Source of the DNA: a virus
Lineage: Duplodnaviria > Caudoviricetes
Length of the DNA stretch: 24,459 bases
Virus record (IMG/VR): IMGVR_UViG_3300009678_000135
Span: 1-24,459 of that record
Direction: 5' to 3' (one strand)
The translations under genes and the position numbers were made by a program. The notes below the pieces were generated by a model, which saw only the letters and a program-made list of their open reading frames with translations, had not been told where the DNA came from and ran no database searches. Each line of letters begins with the position of its first letter. Positions within the stretch are counted from its first letter, which is position 1. This document shows positions 9,046-16,696 of the stretch, one piece after another.

Positions 9046-9303
9046 TTACAGCCCCTCGACGAAGTCCGACGCCTTGGACAGCGCGTCATCCAGGCTCGGC
9101 GCGTAGCCGACCTTCGCCAGCGTGGGCCATCCCGGCTCGGGCGGGCGCGAGGCGCCGTAGACGAACAGGTCGCGCCGCACCTGCCGCACCCACGCCTGGA
9201 TCGGGCCGTTCGCCGCGTCGTCGCTCGGCCAGAACGCGCACCACAGCGCCTGCGCGCACGGCGTCCGCACCCAGCGCAGCCGGGGCGGCGCCGCGCGACT
9301 CAC
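9046..9303 (-). CDS. Hypothetical protein
   Basis: GTGA-coupled to terS. Confidence 0.6.
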   Translation of the reverse strand: MSRAAPPRLRWVRTPCAQALWCAFWPSDDAANGPIQAWVRQVRRDLFVYGASRPPEPGWPTLAKVGYAPSLDDALSKASDFVEGL

Positions 9304-9674
9304 GATGAGCCGGCGGCACCGCGGGCTGTCGGATCGCCCAGGAAGCTGCCGCGCGTCTCGCTGACCATGTCGGCCCCCTTGGGCACGCCGGACACGACGA
9401 GCACCCGCACCGGCGCGCCGTCGCTCTCGAGCTCGGCCGGCACCGTCTTGGCCACCAGCGTCGCGAAGGCGCGCGGCTCGACCGTCGCCAGCCAGCGCAG
9501 GTACTCGACCCCGCCCTCCTGGATCAGCGCCTCGCGGATCATGGCCTTGATGTCGCCGGTGTAGCGGTTGGGCACGCCCTTGCGCCGGCCCTGCCGACGC
9601 GGCCTGGCGGCCTCGACTCGCTCATCCTCCGTCATCTGCGACGGCGGCGGGCGGCGGTTGGGGTCGCGCTTCAT
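9300..9674 (-). CDS. terS: Terminase small subunit (putative)
   Basis: GRRKGVPNR.T.DIK.MI.EAL...GGVEYL...A...P.AF..LV.K..P motif common in small terminases; upstream of terL. Confidence 0.75.
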   Translation of the reverse strand: MKRDPNRRPPPSQMTEDERVEAARPRRQGRRKGVPNRYTGDIKAMIREALIQEGGVEYLRWLATVEPRAFATLVAKTVPAELESDGAPVRVLVVSGVPKGADMVSETRGSFLGDPTARGAAGSS

Positions 9675-9931
9675 CCTGGAATCAACCCCGCGGCGGCCTG
9701 CGCCACCCGCTGCGCGGCCTCAAACTCGAAGCGCATGTTGGCGTACTTCGCCAGCGCCCAGCACGACGACCAGCCCCCGCCATAGCTGCGCATCATTTCG
9801 CACGTGTCGTGCGCCTTGATCTTGGAGGGCTTCTCGACCACGAGCACGAAGGCCCCGTAGCGTGCGCCAAGCTCGCGGCACAGCTGCTCATACGTCGCGA
9901 GGGACAGCGTCGGCTCGATCTCGTGTGTCAT
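9671..9931 (-). CDS. Hypothetical protein, 86 aa
   Basis: ATG 9931 with GGAGG SD and ATGA overlaps at both ends. Confidence 0.65.
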   Translation of the reverse strand: MTHEIEPTLSLATYEQLCRELGARYGAFVLVVEKPSKIKAHDTCEMMRSYGGGWSSCWALAKYANMRFEFEAAQRVAQAAAGLIPG

Positions 9932-10137
9932 GACGACCTCCGACGATACAGGTTGCCGACGGTGCTCCGAAGCGCTCCCCCGTCGTTGATCACGCACAGC
10001 CCCGACCAGCCCAGCGCGTTGCGCACGTCCCGCGCCGTGCAGCTCGCGAAGGGCGCACCGTCGCGGCTGACCTCGTAGGCGCGGCGCTTGGCCAGCTTGT
10101 CGACCATGAACTTGGCGGGACCACGCAAATGCATCAC
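9928..10137 (-). CDS. Hypothetical protein, 69 aa
   Basis: GTGA-coupled, GGAG SD. Confidence 0.6.
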   Translation of the reverse strand: MMHLRGPAKFMVDKLAKRRAYEVSRDGAPFASCTARDVRNALGWSGLCVINDGGALRSTVGNLYRRRSS

Positions 10138-10247
10138 GGGTCTCCCGGCGGGCCTCTATCGTGCCACACCACCGCGAGCAGGACCAGCCCGAAGCAGCAG
10201 ACCGAGATCGCCGCGCAGGCCAGCGCCACGCGCAGGTCGGGGCTCAC
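10134..10247 (-). CDS. Small single-TM membrane protein, 37 aa
   Basis: MSPDLRVALACAAISVCCFGLVLLAVVWHDRGPPGDP; coupled at both ends. Confidence 0.55.
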   Translation of the reverse strand: MSPDLRVALACAAISVCCFGLVLLAVVWHDRGPPGDP

Positions 10248-11887
10248 TTGACCCCGAACACCTTGATCGGCAGCGTCCCCATCGTCTCTAGGTTGATCGG
10301 CGCGTCCGCCTTGGGATAGTCCGTCGTCGTCCAGATGACCATCGCCAGCGCCGTGCACAGCGCCGCCAGGTTCGACTCCGGGAACGACGTCGCCGCACGC
10401 AGCAGTCGCTCGGGGATGAACCGCGTCGTGCTGTTCTTGCCCGGACCCGGCGTGACCCGGCTCGGCATGCGCGCGATGTAGCTGTTGTAGACCGGATTGC
10501 AGGGGATCGTCGTGCCCGTGGCCCCGATGCCGCCCGGCGTCGCCCCCGGGCCCACGATGCAGCGCGCCGCGTGCGCGATCAGGTTGTCGATGTCCTCGAT
10601 GGGCGCGCCGGCGTCGCGCAGGTCGCACAACCCGCCCAGCGCGATCGCCGTCATCCACACGATCGCGCTGCCCTGCCACAGCCCGTCCGTGCCGAAACTG
10701 AAGGCGTTTTTCTCCATGCCCCGCCCGATGGCCTGCTGCTCGAGCCACGCGACCAGGTGGTCGCAGGTCTCGCCCGCCAACGGCGGGAACAGGCCCGGCG
10801 GCAGGAACAGCTTGTGGTGCTTCGAGTAGACCTCCCAATCCACGAGGCTCGGGTAGCCGTGCGGCCACTTGCCCAACTTGGGCGGCGAGATCGACGGGTA
10901 GGGCTGCAGGAACACGCTGGTCCCGTTCGCATCGCGCCAGCCGTCGACCATGCGAGTCACCGCCGCGTCGCGGTCGGGGTTGCTCATCCCCGCCACGCGG
11001 ATCAGCGCGGCCAGCCCCATGCAGTAGCCGTGCGTGCGCTGCTGCTCGGCCAGCTTGCCCTCTCGGAACTCCGGCCGCGTCAGCACGGCCTCGATGTACG
11101 CCTCGGTGCACAGCCGCCCGCTCAGGCTGTTGAAGCCCACCGCGAGCTCGAACAGCCGGTCGGGCGCGAGGTGCTGCAGCACGGCCTCGAACAGATACGG
11201 GCTCTCGGGCGTGGTCAGGTCCAGCTTGATCTGTCCGTCCCAGCCGTTGGCGCCCATGCGCCACCAGGGGTTTCCGGCTGCCGTGAGCGGCTTGCCGTCC
11301 CCGTCGTAGAACACGTAGTGCCGGCGCTTGAGCTGGAAGTCCACGAACGCCTGCGTCGCGTCGCACACGCGGTCCTGCTCGATCCCCAGCGCCGCCGCGA
11401 GGCTGCCCGCCCACAGCGCCTGGCACACCCGCCCCTCGCTCGTGCTGCTCTGCTCGGGGTTGGCGAACGGGACGTCGTCGAAGAAGAAGTCCGTGTCCGC
11501 CAGCCGCTCCATGATGTGCGCGACGGCCGCCGGGTCGTCGGGCATGTTCCTGGTGTGCCAGTTGCTCCACTCCCGCGGCGGGCTGTACGCGCACGGCTCG
11601 CCCATCCGCACGACCTCGGCGCACCCGAAGTCGATCACCCGATGCTGCGGCGCAGCCAGCTTCGGCTCGGCCCCGAACACGCGCAGCGTGCCGGCCAGCG
11701 GCTTGCCCAGCCCGGGATTGTTCCCGTCGCTCCAGCCGTTGCTGATCACCAACTCGGCGCGGTTGGCCTCGAGCTGCACGAACGCGTCCGGCGCCCCGAC
11801 CGCACCCTTGATGAAGCCGCTCGAGGTCAGCGGCACCGTGACCTTGGCGCCGTCGTCGGGCTTCCAGGTCAGCGCGAGGGCGCTCAT
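10244..11887 (-). CDS. Large hypothetical protein (547 aa), possible alpha/alpha-toroid polysaccharide lyase-like enzyme
   Basis: ATG 11887 with GGAG SD; N-terminal beta region then helices with QH, QQRTHGY and WM.....GL motifs; function inferred only. Confidence 0.55.
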   Translation of the reverse strand: MSALALTWKPDDGAKVTVPLTSSGFIKGAVGAPDAFVQLEANRAELVISNGWSDGNNPGLGKPLAGTLRVFGAEPKLAAPQHRVIDFGCAEVVRMGEPCAYSPPREWSNWHTRNMPDDPAAVAHIMERLADTDFFFDDVPFANPEQSSTSEGRVCQALWAGSLAAALGIEQDRVCDATQAFVDFQLKRRHYVFYDGDGKPLTAAGNPWWRMGANGWDGQIKLDLTTPESPYLFEAVLQHLAPDRLFELAVGFNSLSGRLCTEAYIEAVLTRPEFREGKLAEQQRTHGYCMGLAALIRVAGMSNPDRDAAVTRMVDGWRDANGTSVFLQPYPSISPPKLGKWPHGYPSLVDWEVYSKHHKLFLPPGLFPPLAGETCDHLVAWLEQQAIGRGMEKNAFSFGTDGLWQGSAIVWMTAIALGGLCDLRDAGAPIEDIDNLIAHAARCIVGPGATPGGIGATGTTIPCNPVYNSYIARMPSRVTPGPGKNSTTRFIPERLLRAATSFPESNLAALCTALAMVIWTTTDYPKADAPINLETMGTLPIKVFGVK

Positions 11888-12009
11888 CCGAACAGGCTCC
11901 AGCCCCAATGGCCGCAGTAGCCGACGATGAAGCCCCAGGCCGCGATGGCCACAACGTCGATGGCGAGCGCGAGCAGCGTCGAGCCCTCGACCTTCGGGAA
12001 GGCGCTCAT
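11884..12009 (-). CDS. Small membrane protein, 41 aa
   Basis: MSAFPKVEGSTLLALAIDVVAIAAWGFIVGYCGHWGWSLFG; ATGA-coupled at both ends; not in ORF track. Confidence 0.6.
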   Translation of the reverse strand: MSAFPKVEGSTLLALAIDVVAIAAWGFIVGYCGHWGWSLFG

Positions 12010-12188
12010 CCGATCACCACGACGCGCGAGAAGATCGCCAGCCAGCGCGCGCGTCGGATCGCCCGTCGCGCGTCACGCACGGACTCGAAGCCCTGCGTGC
12101 TCTGGTGCACGATCTTGTTATTGGCCGCCACGAGCCGCCAGTTGAACTTGCCAACGATCGCGCTCGCGTAGATTTCGTACCGATTCAC
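12006..12188 (-). CDS. YegP/DUF1508-family protein
   Basis: YEIY....GKFNWRLVAANNKIV..STQGFES..DARRAI signature; GGAGG SD before GTG 12188 (alternative ATG 12245). Confidence 0.8.
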   Translation of the reverse strand: MNRYEIYASAIVGKFNWRLVAANNKIVHQSTQGFESVRDARRAIRRARWLAIFSRVVVIG

Positions 12189-12241
12189 GGAACTGCCCTC
12201 CAGGGGTGGGCTCTTGGTGCGCGGCGCCTGCGCAGGCCGCG

Positions 12242-13432
12242 TCATGCCGGCTCCTGCGTCAGCACCGCCTTGTTGCACAGCGCGGCGTTCAACTGCCGCG
12301 ACAGCAGCTTCGCGATCCAGTCGCTCCCGAGCAGCGTGTCGAGCGACAGCGTCGGCGCCGTGTCGGGCAGCGCCATCGCGGACTCCCAATCGAGCGACGA
12401 GTACGTGGTCACGGTCCCGTCCTCGCGATAGCCCCACTTCCAGTTGAGCACGCGGTTGTTGGCGCCGTAGGCCAGCCCCACGCCCACCCCCGGCTGGCCC
12501 AGGATGCCGTCGCCGTTGAGCCACAGCGAGCAGGGGCCAGTCCCCGCGTTCTGCCACAGCAGGTTGCTCGCGAGCGCGACGGAGTTGACGTTTCCAACGA
12601 CCACGCCGATGCCGCGGTTGCCTGCATCCACGGGAATGTCACGGCCCTCGCAGATGACGTTTCCGGCGAGGGTGCCGTTGACCCCGCCGACCTTGGGTGT
12701 ATCGCCCCCTCCGAGCTGCAGGCCGATCCCGCAGCGCGCCACGAAGTTGTAGACCGCCGTCCCGCCGCTGCGCATCTGCAGCGCGTGGCTGCCCGCGTTC
12801 ACGAACGAGCAGTTGTCGACGATGGTGTTGTTGAGACCGCAGTCGCTCTGGATGTAGATGGCGTGGTCGAGGAATCCTGCCTCGCCGCAGTCGACCAGCG
12901 CGTTCCGGCGAATCCGGATCGCGTTGCAGCGGCTCGCGTAGATGCCCTGGCCGAGCGTGCCGTTGATCTCGCAGTCGAGCACGCGCAGCAAGCCGATCTC
13001 GGTCGGCACCTCGTCGACCTCGTGCCCCTGCGCCACGATGCCCTGCCGGAAGCCCGTGAAGCTGCAATTCTTGACCTCGACCTTGGCGAAGGGCCCCAGC
13101 GCCCACACCCCCACGCACGAGTCGTCGGTCTCGGCCTCCACGTCGCCCGTGAAGATGTAATCCGTGTCCTCGACGATCAGCTCCTCCGTGTCGTCCACGG
13201 TCTCACCCCGCACCGCCGAGCCCGACGGGACGTACACCGTGGTCCGCGGCGGCAGCGCCGCCGGCACGGCGCGCCCGAGGATGGCCATGCCCATCGCCAG
13301 CGCCGTGTCCATCGACACGATCATCTGCTGCGTCATCCCCGTCCTGCTCAGCCGGTGGCGCACGCGCTCCCAGGACTCATTGGCCTGCACGCGCTCGGCC
13401 AGGAGCTGCTGTCGCAAGCGGGCGTCGGTCAT
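12242..13432 (-). CDS. Right-handed parallel beta-helix (pectin-lyase-like) protein
   Basis: Repeats such as VEVKNCSF, VLDCEING, QGIYAS, IRRNALVDCG, HAIYIQ, IVDNCSFVN, HALQMRSGG, LAGNVI. Confidence 0.8.
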   Translation of the reverse strand: MTDARLRQQLLAERVQANESWERVRHRLSRTGMTQQMIVSMDTALAMGMAILGRAVPAALPPRTTVYVPSGSAVRGETVDDTEELIVEDTDYIFTGDVEAETDDSCVGVWALGPFAKVEVKNCSFTGFRQGIVAQGHEVDEVPTEIGLLRVLDCEINGTLGQGIYASRCNAIRIRRNALVDCGEAGFLDHAIYIQSDCGLNNTIVDNCSFVNAGSHALQMRSGGTAVYNFVARCGIGLQLGGGDTPKVGGVNGTLAGNVICEGRDIPVDAGNRGIGVVVGNVNSVALASNLLWQNAGTGPCSLWLNGDGILGQPGVGVGLAYGANNRVLNWKWGYREDGTVTTYSSLDWESAMALPDTAPTLSLDTLLGSDWIAKLLSRQLNAALCNKAVLTQEPA

Positions 13433-13935
13433 CGGATCTCGGTCTCCTGCTGCGGGCTCAACCGGGAGTCGGCGGCGTCTTTGTCACCCGCCGCCGGCTC
13501 CCGCCGTGAGTCGGGCCCGGCCTCCGGGACACCACCGTCGGCCGGCTCACCGGATTCGCTCTGTCCCTGTCGCCGCACCCGCCGCTCGGCCAGTGCAACG
13601 TGCTGCTCGAGCAGCACGCGCTGGAACGCGCAGGCCGCACGCATGACGACGAGCGTGGCCTCGACGTCGCCCATCATGTCGGCCTGGGCGACCTTGCCCT
13701 CGGCCAGCAGGTCGGTCTCGGGCTGCAGGTTGACGATGGCGAGGGTCATCTGCGCGAGCGCGCCGACGACCTCGATGACCGTGGGCGGCTGCCCGTCGCT
13801 CGAGCTGAGTGCGAGCGCGATCTTGTGGCGCTGGCCGATGATCGGCACGCCGGCAGGCACGGCGCGCGCCCGCGGATCGATGTGCTGTCCCCCGTTCAGC
13901 GCGGGGCCGGGCGGACCGTAGCGCCGGCCGCTCAC
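13429..13935 (-). CDS. Hypothetical protein
   Basis: Coupled at both ends; helical core. Confidence 0.6.
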   Translation of the reverse strand: MSGRRYGPPGPALNGGQHIDPRARAVPAGVPIIGQRHKIALALSSSDGQPPTVIEVVGALAQMTLAIVNLQPETDLLAEGKVAQADMMGDVEATLVVMRAACAFQRVLLEQHVALAERRVRRQGQSESGEPADGGVPEAGPDSRREPAAGDKDAADSRLSPQQETEIR

Positions 13936-14111
13936 GGATCGATCTCACACCGATGCACTCGCGTCGCAATCTCGATGCCGTTGTGCGTCCCGTCGTCTGC
14001 GAGCCAGAACATCCACACCGAGCCCTTGCTGTCGAAGCCGACGTAGACCGGCCGGCGTGTCGGGCGCAGCGTCTTGAGCTTCACGACAGGAACCGGCGCA
14101 TCGTCGGTCAC
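13932..14111 (-). CDS. Hypothetical protein, 59 aa
   Basis: GTG 14111 with GGGAGG SD (longer start at 14243 possible). Confidence 0.55.
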   Translation of the reverse strand: MTDDAPVPVVKLKTLRPTRRPVYVGFDSKGSVWMFWLADDGTHNGIEIATRVHRCEIDP

Positions 14112-14205
14112 GAGACAGTCCCTCCCAAGTCGACGGCCCACGCTACGGTCCCGCCAGCCCGACTTCCAGCCCGATCCGCGATCCCGCCCAGCGGCCCGTG
14201 CGGGC
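14112..14205 (-). promoter_or_regulatory. GGA-rich leader, candidate CsrA/Rsm-type target
   Basis: Six GGA on minus strand within 14119-14184, several in short hairpin loops, last two in the SD. Confidence 0.35.
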
Positions 14206-14424
14206 TCAGGACGCACGCCAAGCTCCCCCACGACGCCAGACACTCCGGACGGCCTCCACGAGCCCTGCGCGAACCAGGGACGTCCTGGAGTACCGTCGCA
14301 GGCGCAGGGCCTGCGTCTCGGTGCCGGTGTTCGTCACCTGGACGACCAGCCCGCCGGGCAGCGTGACGGTCGCGACCTGGCCCGGCTCGAGCACCAGCGC
14401 GTCGTGGAGCTGGGCCGCGGCCAT
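14206..14424 (-). CDS. Small protein, possible divergent CsrA/RsmA-like fold, 72 aa
   Basis: TGATG-coupled; LVLEPGQVATVTLPGGLVVQV...ALRL....TSLVRAGLVE matches the CsrA strand pattern including the S-h-x-R position. Confidence 0.45.
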   Translation of the reverse strand: MAAAQLHDALVLEPGQVATVTLPGGLVVQVTNTGTETQALRLRRYSRTSLVRAGLVEAVRSVWRRGGAWRAS

Positions 14425-14795
14425 CAGCGCGGCGCCCGCGACGCCGGTGGCCGCCGCTCGACGTTGCCGGCCCGGCTGGCGCGCCGCTCGGCGCGGGCGC
14501 GCTGGTCGAGCACGTCCCGCCAGTGGGCCTCGAGGCGCGCGCGCACCATCGCCGCGATGGCCTCGTCCTCGAGGTCGGTCGCCCAGCCGCGGGCCAGGAC
14601 GGACTGCACCGCGGCATTCGCGGCCTCGTGTGCGGGCGGCGGCTTGGGGTGCGCCATCGCGGCGTTCATCACGGGCAGCGCCAGGGCCACGATCTCGTCG
14701 ATGCGCTGGCAGGACTGGTGGGTCGTGTCCTTGCGCGCCCAGCGCGCCTTGACGCGGTCCACGATGCGGGTCACGAGGCTGGCGACGTCGCTCAT
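14424..14795 (-). CDS. Hypothetical protein downstream of initiator, 123 aa
   Basis: ATGA overlap with initiator stop; GGGAG SD. Confidence 0.65.
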   Translation of the reverse strand: MSDVASLVTRIVDRVKARWARKDTTHQSCQRIDEIVALALPVMNAAMAHPKPPPAHEAANAAVQSVLARGWATDLEDEAIAAMVRARLEAHWRDVLDQRARAERRASRAGNVERRPPASRAPR

Positions 14796-15736
14796 GCGGA
14801 AGTCTCCCGTGGGTGGGTTTGGGTGAACAGGTCGTCGAGCACGTCCCAATGCTTGCGCAGCTTGGTGCCCGAGAGCACGTTGCGGCGCCAGTCGAAGCCG
14901 GGATCGCGGGGCGCGTAGTCGAGCTCGGCGGCGTTGCCCCCGAACAACCAGGCCAGGAGCGCCTTGACGTCGTCGGGGTTGCGGCCATCGGCCTCGACGA
15001 GCAGGCGCAGCTGCTCGAGGGAGGCGGGCGAGCGGACCTGGATCTTGGCGTCGGGCTTCCAGTGGGCGATCCACTCCGCGAAGCGATCGGCCAGCTCGGA
15101 GACGGCGGGGTCGACGACGGGCTTGGGCCGGGACGCCTTCCGGGCGTGGCCGTTGACGGGCGGGGAGGCCCCCGAGACCGCACCCTCGGGCGCAGCCCGA
15201 GGTCCCCCCTCGGAGGGGGGTATGGGGGGTTGTAGTTCTTCTACTCTCCTCTCCTCTCCTCTGGAGCGTGACAGAGCGTCTACCGTGACGCCTACGGTAG
15301 ACGTCACGGTGACGTCTACAGAATCGGCCGCTTTTCGGCCCTCTCGCCAGCGCCGTTGGCGCTGTGTGGCGAGGTGTCTGGCGCGATCCTTCGCGGCCGT
15401 GCGTGACCAGAAACGAGGCAGGATCAGGCCATCGCGGCACGTATGTGCCCAGCCTACTGCGACCATTGCGTCGCCCATTCCATCGAGCCTGCCGGCCATG
15501 TCGGCCCACTTCGGTGTCGCTGATCTGATAAGGCAGTCAGAGTCTGGATCGTCGCTCATGGCCTCTCCGCGCTCCCTCGCGAGGCCCCATAGGCGCAGGA
15601 GCGCGACGACGACAGCGTCACAGCGGCGTGACGTAGGCGTCACGGTAGACGTCACGGTGACGTCTACAAGGGCGGCGATTGCGTGGACCTTCGGATCGTC
15701 CGGGAGGTCGGGGCGCATGGCGATCCAGTCGACCAT
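14792..15736 (-). CDS. Phage replication initiator (N-terminal HTH; lambda O-like C-terminal domain)
   Basis: DWIAMRPDLPDDPKV...LLRLW N-terminus; RQRRWRE linker; C-terminal WRRNVLSGTKLRKHWD like lambda O; internal iterons. Confidence 0.85.
   Translation of the reverse strand: MVDWIAMRPDLPDDPKVHAIAALVDVTVTSTVTPTSRRCDAVVVALLRLWGLARERGEAMSDDPDSDCLIRSATPKWADMAGRLDGMGDAMVAVGWAHTCRDGLILPRFWSRTAAKDRARHLATQRQRRWREGRKAADSVDVTVTSTVGVTVDALSRSRGEERRVEELQPPIPPSEGGPRAAPEGAVSGASPPVNGHARKASRPKPVVDPAVSELADRFAEWIAHWKPDAKIQVRSPASLEQLRLLVEADGRNPDDVKALLAWLFGGNAAELDYAPRDPGFDWRRNVLSGTKLRKHWDVLDDLFTQTHPRETSA
15277..15320. repeat. Iteron cluster 1 (putative origin)
   Basis: Perfect 11-1-11 palindrome GTAGACGTCAC-G-GTGACGTCTAC at 15297-15319 plus adjacent GTAGRCGTCACG units. 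Confidence 0.7.
15627..15668. repeat. Iteron cluster 2
   Basis: Identical 23-bp palindrome at 15645-15667 preceded by GTAGGCGTCACG. Confidence 0.7.
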
Positions 15737-15966
15737 CAGTTGGGCTCGGGCCCGAGGTCGACGGGCCTGTGGTCGCTGGCGTGCTTGAGGGCGTCGCGCA
15801 GGAGGGCGCGAGCGGCGTCCGGGCTCATGTTGTGAGCAGCGACCTCGGGGAGCTCGTGGTCGCCGTAGCGGATGACGAGGAGGACCTGGCAGTTGGTGGC
15901 GTCGGCGGCTTGCCCGATGGCCTCGAGCACCATGAGCATGCCGAGCGGGATCTTGGGGTCTGGCAT
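15736..15966 (-). CDS. Hypothetical protein
   Basis: TGATG-coupled at both ends; AAGGA SD. Confidence 0.65.
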   Translation of the reverse strand: MPDPKIPLGMLMVLEAIGQAADATNCQVLLVIRYGDHELPEVAAHNMSPDAARALLRDALKHASDHRPVDLGPEPN

Positions 15967-16178
15967 CAGCGTGTCCTTGTGGCTGGCTTGGTGGGCTGCG
16001 TGACGACCAGGGGCCGGTACACGACCGACACCTCGACGAGCCGCTCGCCCGGGTTCAGGCCGAGCTCGAGAGTGGCGGCGGGACCGATCAGCCAGGCCAT
16101 GCCGGGCTTGAGGTTGGTGAGGCGGCCGGAGGGGCCGACGACGGCGTAGGCGATGATCTCGACGAGGTCAGAGGGCAT
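15966..16178 (-). CDS. Hypothetical protein, 70 aa
   Basis: ATG 16178 with GGAG SD: MPSDLVEIIAYAVVGPSG... Confidence 0.6.
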   Translation of the reverse strand: MPSDLVEIIAYAVVGPSGRLTNLKPGMAWLIGPAATLELGLNPGERLVEVSVVYRPLVVTQPTKPATRTR

Positions 16179-16689
16179 TGGAGGGCTCCGTGGCGCGGCG
16201 CAGCTTCCAGGTCGCCCGCTTGCGCCCCTGGACGCGGGCCCAGGCCCTCGGCTCGACCGGCAGGCCCGCGGCCCTCCTGAGCCAGTAGGCGGCCTGACCG
16301 CCCTGGACGTGCTCGGGCAGGACGCGGATGACGCGCCAGCCGCGGGCGGCGGCCTCGTTGTACTTCTCGGCGTCCTGGCGGAAGTGGGCGCCGCGGCCGT
16401 GGGCGCCGCCGACGAAGGCCCCGCCCTCGACCTCGAGGGCCAGCATCCAGGACGGCCAGGCGGCATCGAAGCGCCAGCGGCGAGCCTCGTGGAATGGGTG
16501 CTCGAGCAGCGCGGGCCCGAGGGACTCGACCACCTGCGCCACGAGCTGCTCGACGACACTGGCGCCGCGGGCGATGTCGTGGCGGACCTTGGCTGAGTGG
16601 CCGGAGGGGCTGGTCGTCAACGCACAGACCCCTGGCTCGACACGCCGCACGCCCTCCCGGGACAGACGGGCGCCGCCAACTGCGCCCAC
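16168..16689 (-). CDS. PD-(D/E)XK endonuclease (Vsr/DUF559-like); start uncertain (TTG 16620 alternative)
   Basis: EHPFH..RRWRFDAAWP...LALEVEGG....GAH.RG..F..DAEKYNEAA..GWRVIRV. Confidence 0.85.
   Translation of the reverse strand: MGAVGGARLSREGVRRVEPGVCALTTSPSGHSAKVRHDIARGASVVEQLVAQVVESLGPALLEHPFHEARRWRFDAAWPSWMLALEVEGGAFVGGAHGRGAHFRQDAEKYNEAAARGWRVIRVLPEHVQGGQAAYWLRRAAGLPVEPRAWARVQGRKRATWKLRRATEPSNAL
16643..16687 (-). repeat. Tripartite motif, copy 1, at the 5' end of the leftward transcript
   Basis: Shares three exact blocks (8, 8 and 11 nt) with 9001-9032. Confidence 0.6.
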
Positions 16690-16696
16690 GGGAGGA

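Noticed and set aside
12242-13432. Canonical tailspike annotation
   Set aside because: Located upstream of terminase outside the tail module, with no evident head-binding domain; virion role unsupported
509-13921. Long + strand ORFs antisense to structural genes (e.g. 509..1972, 1719..3272, 4355..6370, 12206..13921)
   Set aside because: Arg/Ala/Pro-rich shadow ORFs expected in high-GC DNA; no motifs; the opposite strand carries recognisable genes
15277-15668. Mini-CRISPR or transposon ends from the duplicated palindromes
   Set aside because: Only two copies about 350 bp apart, in frame within the initiator gene; iterons explain them better
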